A stretch of 30,750 bases of DNA from a virus (Duplodnaviria; Caudoviricetes). Numbering within the stretch: position 1 is the first letter of the stretch; each line of letters opens with the position of its first letter. A model generated the notes under the pieces. That model saw only the letters and a program-made list of their open reading frames with translations, was not told where the DNA came from and ran no database searches. This document shows, in pieces, positions 1-8,568 of the stretch. A program made the translations under genes and the position numbers. Where the stretch lies: IMG/VR virus record IMGVR_UViG_3300017655_000251, positions 1 to 30,750 of that record; one strand, written 5' to 3'.

Positions 1-1149
1 CTACATTTTGAGCTGCACGTGCTCGAACGGCAGCTCGGCCGGGTCCATGTACCCGCGCGTGGTGCCCACGGACTCGTGCGCCGCGATCTGCTGGATCTCC
101 TTTTCGTTATACCCCGCCCGCTTGTAGAGCGTGATAGCCAAGCCGCGCACTTCGTGGAAACTTGTGCCAGAGATTTTGCATGCGCGCATGGACTCGTTGA
201 ACATTCGGCTCAATCGATCGGGCGTCACCTGGCAAATGTGATCCTTCCCTTCATCGTTCCAGACGCGTCTCTTGGGTTTGTGTGACACCAGGTACGGGCA
301 GCGTTTGTTCGTCAGCGAGAGCTCCCGGGCACGATTTATCAGGGTGCGGAGCTTGGGGTGCTCCTCGAGATCCCAGCACAGCCTGGTGGCACGCGCGGTG
401 CCGCGCTGGGCGTCGGATTTGCTGACAACGGTGCGGAGTTGGTCGTCGTCGAGATGGCGGTCAAAGCGCAGGCGCACTACGTCGCCCTCCCGTAGCAACG
501 TGTATAAGCTGATATCCATGGCCAGCTGCAGCGCGGTATACCCGAGTTTACCGGCGGCTTTGTGGATGCGGTGGAAATTGATCTCAGTCAGCACCTGCCG
601 CGCTTTTTTCGGCTTCTCTTTGAGCAGCAGCCGGGCCACGTCGTCGGCCGTGGTGAACGGATTGTATTTAACGCGCGGCACCAGGCATTCGCCCATGAGC
701 CAGTTGAAAAACCGACGAAACTCGGCCATGCGGAGTTTCTGTTGCGAGTGTGTAAGCTCATCCCACCAAGTGCGGATCTGCGGCAACTCGATCTGGCCGA
801 GGCGGGGAAACGCAGCAGCAAAGAGCTTGAGCGCGTACTTGCGGTTGCGCCAACTGTGCTTTGATTTCAGGCCCGCGTTGATCTTCTCGCGGTACTGGAT
901 GTACGCCGGCAAATGGTATGCCGTCATGCCGCGAGAGAGCTTGATCTCGGCGGTTGGAATGTACTGATCACGCAGCCCATTGGCCTCCTGCGCAACGCGG
1001 TTGGCCTCCTCGACAGTCGGTGCCTGAAATGATTTTTTGGTGCCGTCGGGGCGGACGTACGAGTAAAACCCCGGCCGCTTACGAGGGTCTGGATAGAGGT
1101 TGTCGACGAGCTGGACGCCGGCGAGGAAGCGGGGTTTTTTCGGGCGCAT
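1..1149 (-). CDS. int: Phage integrase, tyrosine recombinase (lambda Int-like)
   Basis: 382 aa; catalytic motifs LLREGD (R), FHEVRGL (HxxR), AAHES (H), TRGY (Y); N-terminal arm-binding-like segment. Confidence 0.93.
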   Translation of the reverse strand: MRPKKPRFLAGVQLVDNLYPDPRKRPGFYSYVRPDGTKKSFQAPTVEEANRVAQEANGLRDQYIPTAEIKLSRGMTAYHLPAYIQYREKINAGLKSKHSWRNRKYALKLFAAAFPRLGQIELPQIRTWWDELTHSQQKLRMAEFRRFFNWLMGECLVPRVKYNPFTTADDVARLLLKEKPKKARQVLTEINFHRIHKAAGKLGYTALQLAMDISLYTLLREGDVVRLRFDRHLDDDQLRTVVSKSDAQRGTARATRLCWDLEEHPKLRTLINRARELSLTNKRCPYLVSHKPKRRVWNDEGKDHICQVTPDRLSRMFNESMRACKISGTSFHEVRGLAITLYKRAGYNEKEIQQIAAHESVGTTRGYMDPAELPFEHVQLKM

Positions 1150-1158
1150 TGGCCGACC

Positions 1159-1398
1159 TTACGCTGGATTGCTGCCGGCGAGCAAGTCCAGGCCGGTCAG
1201 TTGAGGGGGGCGCTCGATCTCAGGCTCGAGCACATTGGCTACTGCAAACGCGTTGAGATCCACGTAAGGTCGGTTGTCGATGAGCTTGCCTTGGACCACG
1301 CCGCGACGAATCCAGTCGGCCCAGGTGTGGCGGGTGGGCGCGCAGCCAGGCTCGAAAAATTCTCGATTAGCACGGGTGTGTGGGGCGAGGGCGGACAC
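1159..1398 (-). CDS. Putative excisionase / small DNA-binding protein
   Basis: Directly upstream of int; PTRHTWADWIRRGVVQGKLIDNRPYVD resembles an Xis-type winged helix; GTG start at 1398 with GGAG upstream (ORF can extend to 1446). Confidence 0.6.
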   Translation of the reverse strand: MSALAPHTRANREFFEPGCAPTRHTWADWIRRGVVQGKLIDNRPYVDLNAFAVANVLEPEIERPPQLTGLDLLAGSNPA

Positions 1399-1402
1399 GG
1401 GC

Positions 1403-1705
1403 TCAATCTCCGCCAGGTCCCGGCCAAGCAAGATGCTGGTGGCCATCGAGCAGGCTGCCGGCGGCCTTCTTGCCGACGCGGGTCATCGGCTCGGCACCGG
1501 CCGACCAAGCAATAACACCAGGTTGCCGCCAGTTAGCAGACGCTGTTCGCTGCCTCTGTCGCCCTTGGCCCCATTCGATCCCGCGCGTTCGCGCCGGGGT
1601 GCTAACGGCCGCGTAGCAGTTATCGCAAGCGGGGGAAACGCGGGTGCAGCCAATCCAGGGATTGAACGTGGCGTCACACCATTCGATTGCGCTTTCCTTA
1701 GCCAT
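1403..1705 (-). pseudogene. Internally deleted phage Gp37/Gp68 (DUF5131)-family gene, in frame, 100 aa
   Basis: N-terminus [28 protein letters not shown] and C-terminus [13 protein letters not shown] are both family hallmarks, but the central region is missing. Confidence 0.7.
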
Positions 1706-2483
1706 GGCTGCCCTCCTGCTGGGCGAGCCGACGCTTGCAGCAAAGCGAGCACGGAAGCACGTGTGCCACAGTGCCGTGCCCCCCATAAAGCATCAGCCGG
1801 CCGGTACCATGACACGCTTTGCACGTTAAATGACATGCACGAGTGTGCCCGCACCAGTTACACAGATCGCTAGGGTCTGCGAAGCCATTAAAGGTTGTTG
1901 GGTGTATGGCAAAGGCTCCGCACATAGCAGGCTCAGTGCCTTGAAGGCAGCGAGCGCACTGCGCGCGGCCCTTCGCGTCCTGGGCTGGCCGAACGATCCA
2001 CTCCTCGCTGTCGCTAGCGTCTATGGAGTACAGCCAGGGCCGCTGCCGGCCGTCTTCAATGCGGCTCCACAAATACCACTCAACTACACGCTTGTAGTAA
2101 GCGCGCTGGCGCGGATGGTAGTGGGTGGCGTCTGCAGGAGCATCGGACCAATCGTGCGTATCAGGGCCAATCCTTTCGTGCTCGATTGCTTGGCCCTCAG
2201 GCATCGAGCGCCAATCTGGCCAGGCACGTTGTTCGTTGCGCGTCTGCTTGGTCTCGAGCGCGGCCGCAATTTGCTCAGAGGCATAACCAGCGCGCCAGGC
2301 GCCGTCGAGCGCCAGCAGCACCAGGTCTATCCACTCGAACAGGTCCAGCGGCGCGCGTTCGACCTCGAGCAGCTCCTTGCGGATGTGATCGATGATGCCC
2401 GCCGTTCGGTGGCCGGGCCCGAAAGTGCGCTCGCTAAATGTTCGCTGCCGACGCAGGTGCTGGATGAGGTCGAAGGTCTCCAT
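1698..2483 (-). CDS. DUF550 (dATP/dGTP pyrophosphohydrolase-like) domain protein with Cys-rich C-terminus
   Basis: [22 protein letters not shown]...[20 protein letters not shown]...[13 protein letters not shown] motif; start at 2483 is TGATG-coupled to the upstream stop; several CxxC pairs at the C-terminus. Confidence 0.78.
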   Translation of the reverse strand: METFDLIQHLRRQRTFSERTFGPGHRTAGIIDHIRKELLEVERAPLDLFEWIDLVLLALDGAWRAGYASEQIAAALETKQTRNEQRAWPDWRSMPEGQAIEHERIGPDTHDWSDAPADATHYHPRQRAYYKRVVEWYLWSRIEDGRQRPWLYSIDASDSEEWIVRPAQDAKGRAQCARCLQGTEPAMCGAFAIHPTTFNGFADPSDLCNWCGHTRACHLTCKACHGTGRLMLYGGHGTVAHVLPCSLCCKRRLAQQEGSHG

Positions 2484-2815
2484 CACTCGCCCTCCCCGGT
2501 GAGCTGGGCGGGCGCGTAGAGTGGGAAAGGCTCGTAACCTGCCGCCGTGATCGCGTCGACTTGCGACTTGCACCACATGCGTATATTGCCGTCAGGCGCG
2601 AATGCTGCGTAAGCCATGACCCTCGGATCGCAAAGCACATACTGCCCGGCCTGCGCTGGAGTTGGCGTTGGGGGCTCCGCATACAGTTTCGTGCCCGGCG
2701 GCAACTCACGTAGCCGATCCCAGTCTTTACTGTCGAACCACGGACCGGAGCGCTCGTCGTGGGGGTCGGATATCAGGACAGTGGCTACCGGCGCAGCCAG
2801 GATGATTGGTCTCAT
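2483..2815 (-). CDS. Hypothetical phage protein
   Basis: 110 aa, overlap-coupled to both neighbours; LPPGTKLYA motif seen in phage early accessory proteins. Confidence 0.65.
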   Translation of the reverse strand: MRPIILAAPVATVLISDPHDERSGPWFDSKDWDRLRELPPGTKLYAEPPTPTPAQAGQYVLCDPRVMAYAAFAPDGNIRMWCKSQVDAITAAGYEPFPLYAPAQLTGEGE

Positions 2816-3645
2816 GCCGGCACCACCTGCTGGTACCGGGCCAGCGCCTGGCGGGCTGCGTCACGCGAGGCACGGAGTCCGCCGAGAATATCTTGGTTGC
2901 AGCACAGGCTGACATAGTCCTCGAGGGCATCCTGGGCGCTGTCGACGGCGGCGCGCAGCGTATCGAGCACGCGGTCGGTGCCGGCCATTGGTGGGTTGGG
3001 GGTAAAACCCGAGCCCGCTAGGGTGTCTGCGCCGTCGGGCATGGTTGTGTAGGTGTCCACAACCGCGTCCGCAAGAGACGCCACCGCGTCGAGCGCAGGG
3101 TCCGGCGTGGGCGTAGAGCTGTTTGGCTCGACGTCGACCGAGGCGGTAACCGCAGGCTCGCCAGCGTCGTGCATCACGCCAGGCAGGCGGTAGACTGCCG
3201 GCCACGAGCTCTTGTCGATGATCAGCACGCCGCGCTGGCCCATCGTAGTCAGCGCTTTACGCACGGCCGTCACGGCGAGGTTTGGCAACGCCTCGATAAT
3301 ATCTTTTGTGCAGCGCCCTCCCGATTCGAGCAGCTCGATGATCTGTTCTTTAGCCGGACGAAGCCGGGGAGGGGCCTTGAGGCGGGGGCGCTCATCGCCC
3401 GCATTGGCGGCGGGTGGCGGGGTGTTTCCGGGCGCCGGCGCGGAGCTTTTGAGGGGGAGCCGATACCCTTCGCTGTTGTTGCCGACCACGCAGCCCTTGC
3501 GCATTAGATCGCCCAGCACGGCGGCGACGGTCTGCTGCTCCTCGAGGCCGCTTAGTTCGTAGATGCGGCGACGGCCGAGGGGCGTTGGAGAATGATCGGT
3601 TATCACTTTCAGGACTGCATTTTCTTCGATGCTGAGCTTGGGCAT
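2812..3645 (-). CDS. Putative DNA-binding protein with two winged-HTH-like segments
   Basis: 277 aa; strong AGGAGGAG SD; two helical-hairpin/wing patterns (about aa 5-63 and 97-154) separated by Pro/Ala linkers. Confidence 0.6.
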   Translation of the reverse strand: MPKLSIEENAVLKVITDHSPTPLGRRRIYELSGLEEQQTVAAVLGDLMRKGCVVGNNSEGYRLPLKSSAPAPGNTPPPAANAGDERPRLKAPPRLRPAKEQIIELLESGGRCTKDIIEALPNLAVTAVRKALTTMGQRGVLIIDKSSWPAVYRLPGVMHDAGEPAVTASVDVEPNSSTPTPDPALDAVASLADAVVDTYTTMPDGADTLAGSGFTPNPPMAGTDRVLDTLRAAVDSAQDALEDYVSLCCNQDILGGLRASRDAARQALARYQQVVPA

Positions 3646-3653
3646 GGCTCCTC

Positions 3654-3890
3654 CTACAGGGCGTCGATGGACACAAGGTCCGAAAAGGAAAAGGCGCTTA
3701 AATGCCGGCGGTCGGTTACCTCGCCAGCGGCATCGTCAACAAGGTACAGGTGGTTGTCGGACGCCCATCCGCCAAACAAGGTGCGCACCTGCACGAGTTG
3801 CCGCAGCGTGAGATCTTCCCGCCGGACCCACTTGGTATGAGCCGTATCGCCGGGGAGCGTTTTGGGCGTGATAGCGAGCGCGGTAGACAT
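3654..3890 (-). CDS. Hypothetical protein
   Basis: 78 aa from ATG 3890 (MSTALAITP), GAGG upstream, fills the gap in the operon. Confidence 0.6.
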   Translation of the reverse strand: MSTALAITPKTLPGDTAHTKWVRREDLTLRQLVQVRTLFGGWASDNHLYLVDDAAGEVTDRRHLSAFSFSDLVSIDAL

Positions 3891-3900
3891 GGCGGCGCCC

Positions 3901-5835
3901 TCAGAATGGCAGCCAGCGGTCAGCTGGCGGCTGGGCCAGCACCAGCTCCTGCAGGTACTCGGCGATTTCCAGGCGCTTGCTGTAACCGGAGCCTTTGGGG
4001 AAGTCGTCCTGACCGGTGATTTCCGCACCCGCTTTGTGGAGCGCCGCTTTTTTGATGCGCCCAAAAAAGTTGGCGGCCGTGGGTTGCCAGTGCTTGCCAA
4101 GACGGCTTTGGCTGATCTCGAGCAAACGACCGAGCGGACACTCAGGGTCGCTGAGGTTCCTGTTTTCGTCCAGCGACAGGACGCCGCAGTACGCCACCAG
4201 GCGCTGAACCTCATCGTCGGGCAACTGGAGAAATGCGCTAAGGCTGTCGGCAGCACTGCGGCCAATCCAGGACAAATCGAGCGTTTCGCGGTACTCGAGC
4301 ACCTCTTGATGCATGCGGCTGTCGCGCAGGTCACCCAGGGAGCTGTCGCGGAATGTGCTAGAGCACTTGATATCCATCGGCGCCGCGCCGACCGCATACA
4401 GACTGTTGGGCTTGAGCGCGGACCAACAGAGGCTGAACAGCGTAGCGCGGTACATCAACGCCGGACTGTACAGCAAGTCCGCCTTTGCGGCGGCTTGGTG
4501 GTACAGCGACAGGTCCGCGGTCAACGCCGCCGAAAAGCCCTGGCCCTCATCCGCCTCCTCGCTCTTGCTGGCCGTGTCGGCGACGCCGTCCGGTGCGGCA
4601 CCCGCCTCCAGCTGCCGCGCCGCCGGCAGGTCCTCTTTGTTGAGGATGCCCTCATGACGCTGCAGCTGGCCATTTGACGACAGCGTGATGATGCAGCCGC
4701 CAATGGCACGCTGCTCTGGCGTGAATTCGCGCCGCTTTTCCAGCTCCCGCGCGCGGGCGTATAGCTTTCGTCGCTCAACGGCAATGGCCTCGATCTCATC
4801 AGTGATCGCAACAACACCCGGATCCTCGTCCGGGTCGCCGCCGGCGGCCTCGACCGCGTATATCAAGTCCTCGCCTTTGGCCTCCGCCTCGTCTTCCTTA
4901 ACCTGCAGCGCATCGAGGGCCAGCGTTACGTCGGCCAACTCGGCGCGCTCTTCGTCGGACAGCACGGGTTCCGGCTCGAGCTTGCGCCGTCGGTCTGCCC
5001 ACGCCTCGTAGCTCAGATCAACCTCTGCCCACTTCCACTGCCCGCGCGCCTTGTCCAGGGCACGATCCAGTTTTTCCTTGGCCAGCGTCTCCACCAGCTC
5101 GCCATCGATCAGCGTGGTGCGGTCTTCCTCGAAGAGATCTTCGGTCACTGCCCCGCCGGCCTTTTTGTATGCCGCCAGGCCGATGTACCGCGCGAGCTTG
5201 TGGTCGCTGGTGTACGTGCGCTCGCGCAAGTACTTGCGGATGCTGCCGACCCAGCGATGGTCGTCGCTCTGCTTGAGTGCTGTGTAGGCCGCGATCTGTC
5301 GTTCCTGGTCGTCGGTGCCCGCATAGGCACGCAACGCATCCACGCTCAACTCGCCCTCGCGGCACAGGGCACGTAGGGTAGGGTGGACGTTACCCAGCGC
5401 CAGACGCTGGCGGATGTGGAGCTCGGAGGTGCCAAAGTGCGCGGCAATATCAGCAATCGGCAGCTCGCCGCGATAGTGCAAATCGGTAAACGCCTCGAAC
5501 TCATCGATCGGGTGCATGCCCACACGCACGATGTTTTCGGCGATCGCGGCCTCGATCTCGTTCTCATTGTCGCCAAGCACCATGCACGGCACCTCGGCCG
5601 TGGCCGGAAACACTTTGTCCTTCACGAGGTCGGCAAAGGCCCGGTACCGGCGCGCGCCGCCGCGCACTTCGTACTTGTCTTTGCCGGCGGGCCGGACGAT
5701 CAGGTTCTGCAGGATGCCGTTGGCGGCAATGGACGTCTTGAGCTGGGCATCCTCTTCGGCACTTGCCGCGCTCTTGCGGATGTTGTCTTTACCGAGCTTT
5801 AACGACTTGAATGGAATCGAATACAGGTCTGCCAT
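3901..5835 (-). CDS. Long ParB/RepB/Spo0J-family protein
   Basis: 644 aa; ParB N-domain SIAANGILQNLIVRP...GGARRYRA...ENIVR, HTH IADIAAHFGTSELHIRQRLAL, acidic coiled-coil centre. Confidence 0.88.
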   Translation of the reverse strand: MADLYSIPFKSLKLGKDNIRKSAASAEEDAQLKTSIAANGILQNLIVRPAGKDKYEVRGGARRYRAFADLVKDKVFPATAEVPCMVLGDNENEIEAAIAENIVRVGMHPIDEFEAFTDLHYRGELPIADIAAHFGTSELHIRQRLALGNVHPTLRALCREGELSVDALRAYAGTDDQERQIAAYTALKQSDDHRWVGSIRKYLRERTYTSDHKLARYIGLAAYKKAGGAVTEDLFEEDRTTLIDGELVETLAKEKLDRALDKARGQWKWAEVDLSYEAWADRRRKLEPEPVLSDEERAELADVTLALDALQVKEDEAEAKGEDLIYAVEAAGGDPDEDPGVVAITDEIEAIAVERRKLYARARELEKRREFTPEQRAIGGCIITLSSNGQLQRHEGILNKEDLPAARQLEAGAAPDGVADTASKSEEADEGQGFSAALTADLSLYHQAAAKADLLYSPALMYRATLFSLCWSALKPNSLYAVGAAPMDIKCSSTFRDSSLGDLRDSRMHQEVLEYRETLDLSWIGRSAADSLSAFLQLPDDEVQRLVAYCGVLSLDENRNLSDPECPLGRLLEISQSRLGKHWQPTAANFFGRIKKAALHKAGAEITGQDDFPKGSGYSKRLEIAEYLQELVLAQPPADRWLPF

Positions 5836-5861
5836 GGCGATGTTTCCCTAGGATTGTTGGT

Positions 5862-6095
5862 TTAGTGGGTGGTGCTTGGGGGCGTGGGCGCGAGGGCGCC
5901 CGACAATTCCTGACGCAATTGCTGCGCCATCTGCAGAGCCACTGGATGCGGTGCCCCGCTGATCTCGCGTAGTAGCACATCGAATGCCGCCGCGCCGAAA
6001 ATAAAGGCCTGGTGCACGCGCTCGCGCTCTTCCGGCGTTGCGTCGGCACAGCGGCGTTCGGCGTAGTCCTGCCAAAGCACCTCAAGCATCCGCAT
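5862..6095 (-). CDS. Hypothetical protein
   Basis: 77 aa from ATG 6095 with AGGAG upstream. Confidence 0.6.
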   Translation of the reverse strand: MRMLEVLWQDYAERRCADATPEERERVHQAFIFGAAAFDVLLREISGAPHPVALQMAQQLRQELSGALAPTPPSTTH

Positions 6096-6387
6096 GTGCC
6101 GCTCTCCTGGTGTCGAGGTCGACCACCGGCGCCAGCGGCGCGTAGAGATTTTTGAATACCTCGGCCTTGGCTGGCAGTAGCGCATAGGCCAGAACTTCGC
6201 GAGGCCAAACGCGCTCTTTGTGCGCAATGTCGCGGAATCCACGGAAGGAGCTATCCAAAAATTCCGCGTTGCAGATCTTCGGATTTGTGCCGCCGGCGGT
6301 CAGTACCAGGTACAGGCCGGGCTCGGTGGGCGCACAAGCGCTGTCCACGAACTCAATCAGGTACACGTTGCGGGAGTTTTCGGTCAT
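6082..6387 (-). CDS. Hypothetical protein
   Basis: 101 aa from ATG 6387 (MTENSRNVY), GGAGG SD, ATGA overlap with the upstream gene. Confidence 0.65.
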   Translation of the reverse strand: MTENSRNVYLIEFVDSACAPTEPGLYLVLTAGGTNPKICNAEFLDSSFRGFRDIAHKERVWPREVLAYALLPAKAEVFKNLYAPLAPVVDLDTRRAAHADA

Positions 6388-6704
6388 GGGGCGAGCCTCC
6401 GGAGTTGAGCCCGGAGCCAGGCCGTGGCCCGGGGGATGAGCACGTCCCGCAGGGCCAGGCGCAGCAAGCGCTCGGCCCAGGCCTCCAGGACGTGGTGATA
6501 GCGATTGAACAGGCGCCGAGTGCCGTAGCCGCGCAGGAAGCTCCAGGCGGTATAGATCAGCGTGATGGCCAGACTGGTCTGGGCCGCCGCCTCGGCGTGG
6601 AAGTAGAAAGGCGTGATGAGCCAGTGGAGCAGCGCCAGCGAGCCGATAAAGCCCACGCTGATGTCTACCAGCTTTTCCAAGGCGGAAATCAGGCGCGACT
6701 GCAT
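6384..6704 (-). CDS. Small two-TM membrane protein (DUF7220-like)
   Basis: MQSRLISALE..DISVGF...ITLIYTAWSFLRGYGTRRLFNR pattern; AAGGAGG SD; two hydrophobic segments. Confidence 0.6.
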   Translation of the reverse strand: MQSRLISALEKLVDISVGFIGSLALLHWLITPFYFHAEAAAQTSLAITLIYTAWSFLRGYGTRRLFNRYHHVLEAWAERLLRLALRDVLIPRATAWLRAQLRRLAP

Positions 6705-7069
6705 GCAGCCTCCTTGCCGGCGGCGCGGCAACTTGGAAGCGCAGCGGCATCGAGCAGCCTCTCAGCCTCGCCTGGCGCGAACCCGAGACAGCCCGTGGCG
6801 AGGTAGCGCTTGTTGTAGATGTCCCTGCAGGTGGAGACGATCTCGACCACCTGCCCGATGGTCAGATCAAGCACAGGAATGCCGGTGCCGGCCACGGCCA
6901 CCGCCAACAGCCTCTGAAAAGCGCCATTCGATTTGCTGATATCGATCTCATGCAGCGGCTCGAGGATGAACCACGCGGAGATGGGCTCCCTCACCAATTC
7001 CGCAAAGGTGGTCTCAGGCGCGTTGCCGCGATCGAACATCCTGTCCAGGTCGGCGTCAGTGAGCGGCAT
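6689..7069 (-). CDS. Hypothetical protein
   Basis: 126 aa, AGGAGG SD, overlaps neighbours in the operon. Confidence 0.65.
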   Translation of the reverse strand: MPLTDADLDRMFDRGNAPETTFAELVREPISAWFILEPLHEIDISKSNGAFQRLLAVAVAGTGIPVLDLTIGQVVEIVSTCRDIYNKRYLATGCLGFAPGEAERLLDAAALPSCRAAGKEAACSRA

Positions 7070-7361
7070 CGACTGCCTCCTGACCGCGGTGACCGTCGAC
7101 CACTTCCTGCAGCCAGGTCATGCCGTAGGCAGTGACCAGGGTGACGTAGTATGTGGTTTCGATGCCGGGATTGGCGTCAGTGCGGCCCTTGCGGAAGCTG
7201 CGCTGCTCGATGGCGAAGATGCCCTTGTCGATCAGATCACGGCGTGGCAGGTCGTTCAGACGGCCCAGCACGCCGCGGTCCCGCAGGACCTTGCGCAGAA
7301 TTTTCGGGCCAATATGCAGAACCTTGGCCGCGTCGGATAACAGCAGAGGATGGTTTGACAT
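7056..7361 (-). CDS. Stand-alone phage antirepressor KilAC-domain protein
   Basis: LSDAAKVLHIGPKILRKVLRDRGVL...LP...IDKGIF...TLVTAYGMTWL matches the ANT/KilAC pattern; GGAGG SD; first gene after the left operators. Confidence 0.78.
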   Translation of the reverse strand: MSNHPLLLSDAAKVLHIGPKILRKVLRDRGVLGRLNDLPRRDLIDKGIFAIEQRSFRKGRTDANPGIETTYYVTLVTAYGMTWLQEVVDGHRGQEAVDAAH

Positions 7362-7392
7362 AGCGCCTCCCAAGTAGTGGGTGGCGCATATA

Positions 7393-7432
7393 TGAACCTA
7401 AAGTACAGGTTCGGTCAAGTACCAAAAGTTCA
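7393..7432. promoter_or_regulatory. Left operators (OL) and probable PL promoter
   Basis: TGAAC-ctaaa-GTACA (7393-7407) and AGTAC-caaaa-GTTCA (7418-7432); minus-strand -35-like TTGACC at 7413-7418 between them; -10 is ambiguous. Confidence 0.75.
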
Positions 7433-7434
7433 TT

Positions 7435-8559
7435 TTATGTTGCGGCCGGGGGCTCCAGCAGTTCAGGAGCGCCCTCGTTTGGCGATGTATCGTAGGATGT
7501 GGCCGTCCGGATCAGGTCGTCGGCGTACAGAAAAATGTCATCCAGGCTCTGAATTGGGTGGCGTGTTTCCACTTTGTTGCCACCCATCACGCCGAGGTAT
7601 TTTTGTGAGCGATTGAAGTGAAGCCGACAGATCGGCTTGCGGTTGTTGTCATCCAGAAGGACCCCAAAATAGCTTTGCGTGTCCCTGGAGTGAATGCGCT
7701 TGATATCGACGGCTTGGCGAAGGATCGCGCGCACTATGTGGAACCCCTCAATCTCTTCCATGGTGGTATTGACGCGGTCCTGCTCCGGCTCAGATATTGC
7801 CGCAGGCATCTCCTGGGGCTGACCAGCCGGTGGTACACGCGTTCCTGGGGAGATCGCGGATTTGAGCCGACCATTGATTTGATCATTCACGAACTGGCGG
7901 CCAGCTTTGACCACTAATGCGGAGAACTGTTCCCGCACTCGCGGCGTGATCGACCCACCGTAAACCCTGCTTGCAAATAGTTTGACGAAGTCGTCGTCCG
8001 GCGAGGCTATTTGCGATGCAATGAGTTTTTTCAGCTGGCTGACGTACTTGAGCTCTTCCGCTGCACTCATGATCGAATCAATATCGAAGGCCTGCTTGGT
8101 AATTTTCGACAGCTCCGGCACAACGTGGTCGTCGATGTCTAGTACGTCGAGCACAAGAAACGGCTTCTCATCCATTCGATTGGGGGCATCAAGGTCGGTA
8201 TAAAACCAAAAGTGCTGGCCGTTGGTGAGAATCGCAATGCGCGCGGACGTGACGGAAAAGTACCGATAGAGCTGACTCGCGTGGTTGAAGCGGAGCGGTT
8301 CGCCGACCTTCTTACACTCGATCAGCATCTGGACATTGCCATCTTTCAGGATCGCGTAATCGATCTTTTCGCCCTTTTTCGTGCCGATATCTGCGACCAG
8401 CTCTGGCGTCACTTCAAGCGGATTGAATACGTCGTAGCCCAGTACAGCGCTGATAAACGGCATGATGAATGCGTTTTTTGTCGCCTCTTCGGTTTGAATC
8501 ATGGCGCCTTGTTGTTCCACTTTTTTTGCGTAGGCGTCCAGGCGTTCGTATATTTCCAT
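7435..8559 (-). CDS. Type I restriction enzyme HsdR N-terminal-like PD-(D/E)xK nuclease domain protein
   Basis: 374 aa; TEEATKNAFIMPF..LGYDVFNPLEV.PE, KIDYAI, LIECKK, QLYRYF, AILTNG motifs; no helicase domain. Confidence 0.85.
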   Translation of the reverse strand: MEIYERLDAYAKKVEQQGAMIQTEEATKNAFIMPFISAVLGYDVFNPLEVTPELVADIGTKKGEKIDYAILKDGNVQMLIECKKVGEPLRFNHASQLYRYFSVTSARIAILTNGQHFWFYTDLDAPNRMDEKPFLVLDVLDIDDHVVPELSKITKQAFDIDSIMSAAEELKYVSQLKKLIASQIASPDDDFVKLFASRVYGGSITPRVREQFSALVVKAGRQFVNDQINGRLKSAISPGTRVPPAGQPQEMPAAISEPEQDRVNTTMEEIEGFHIVRAILRQAVDIKRIHSRDTQSYFGVLLDDNNRKPICRLHFNRSQKYLGVMGGNKVETRHPIQSLDDIFLYADDLIRTATSYDTSPNEGAPELLEPPAAT

Positions 8560-8568
8560 CTCGTTCCC

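Noticed and set aside
1-60. att site or target tRNA
   Set aside because: The window starts at the integrase stop codon, so the attachment site is not visible; no tRNA or rRNA recognised anywhere
1698-2483. 2-aminoadenine (Z-genome) pathway
   Set aside because: Only DUF550 is present; no purZ, datZ or dedicated polymerase seen
7435-8559. Complete type I restriction-modification system
   Set aside because: No hsdM, hsdS or helicase domain in the window
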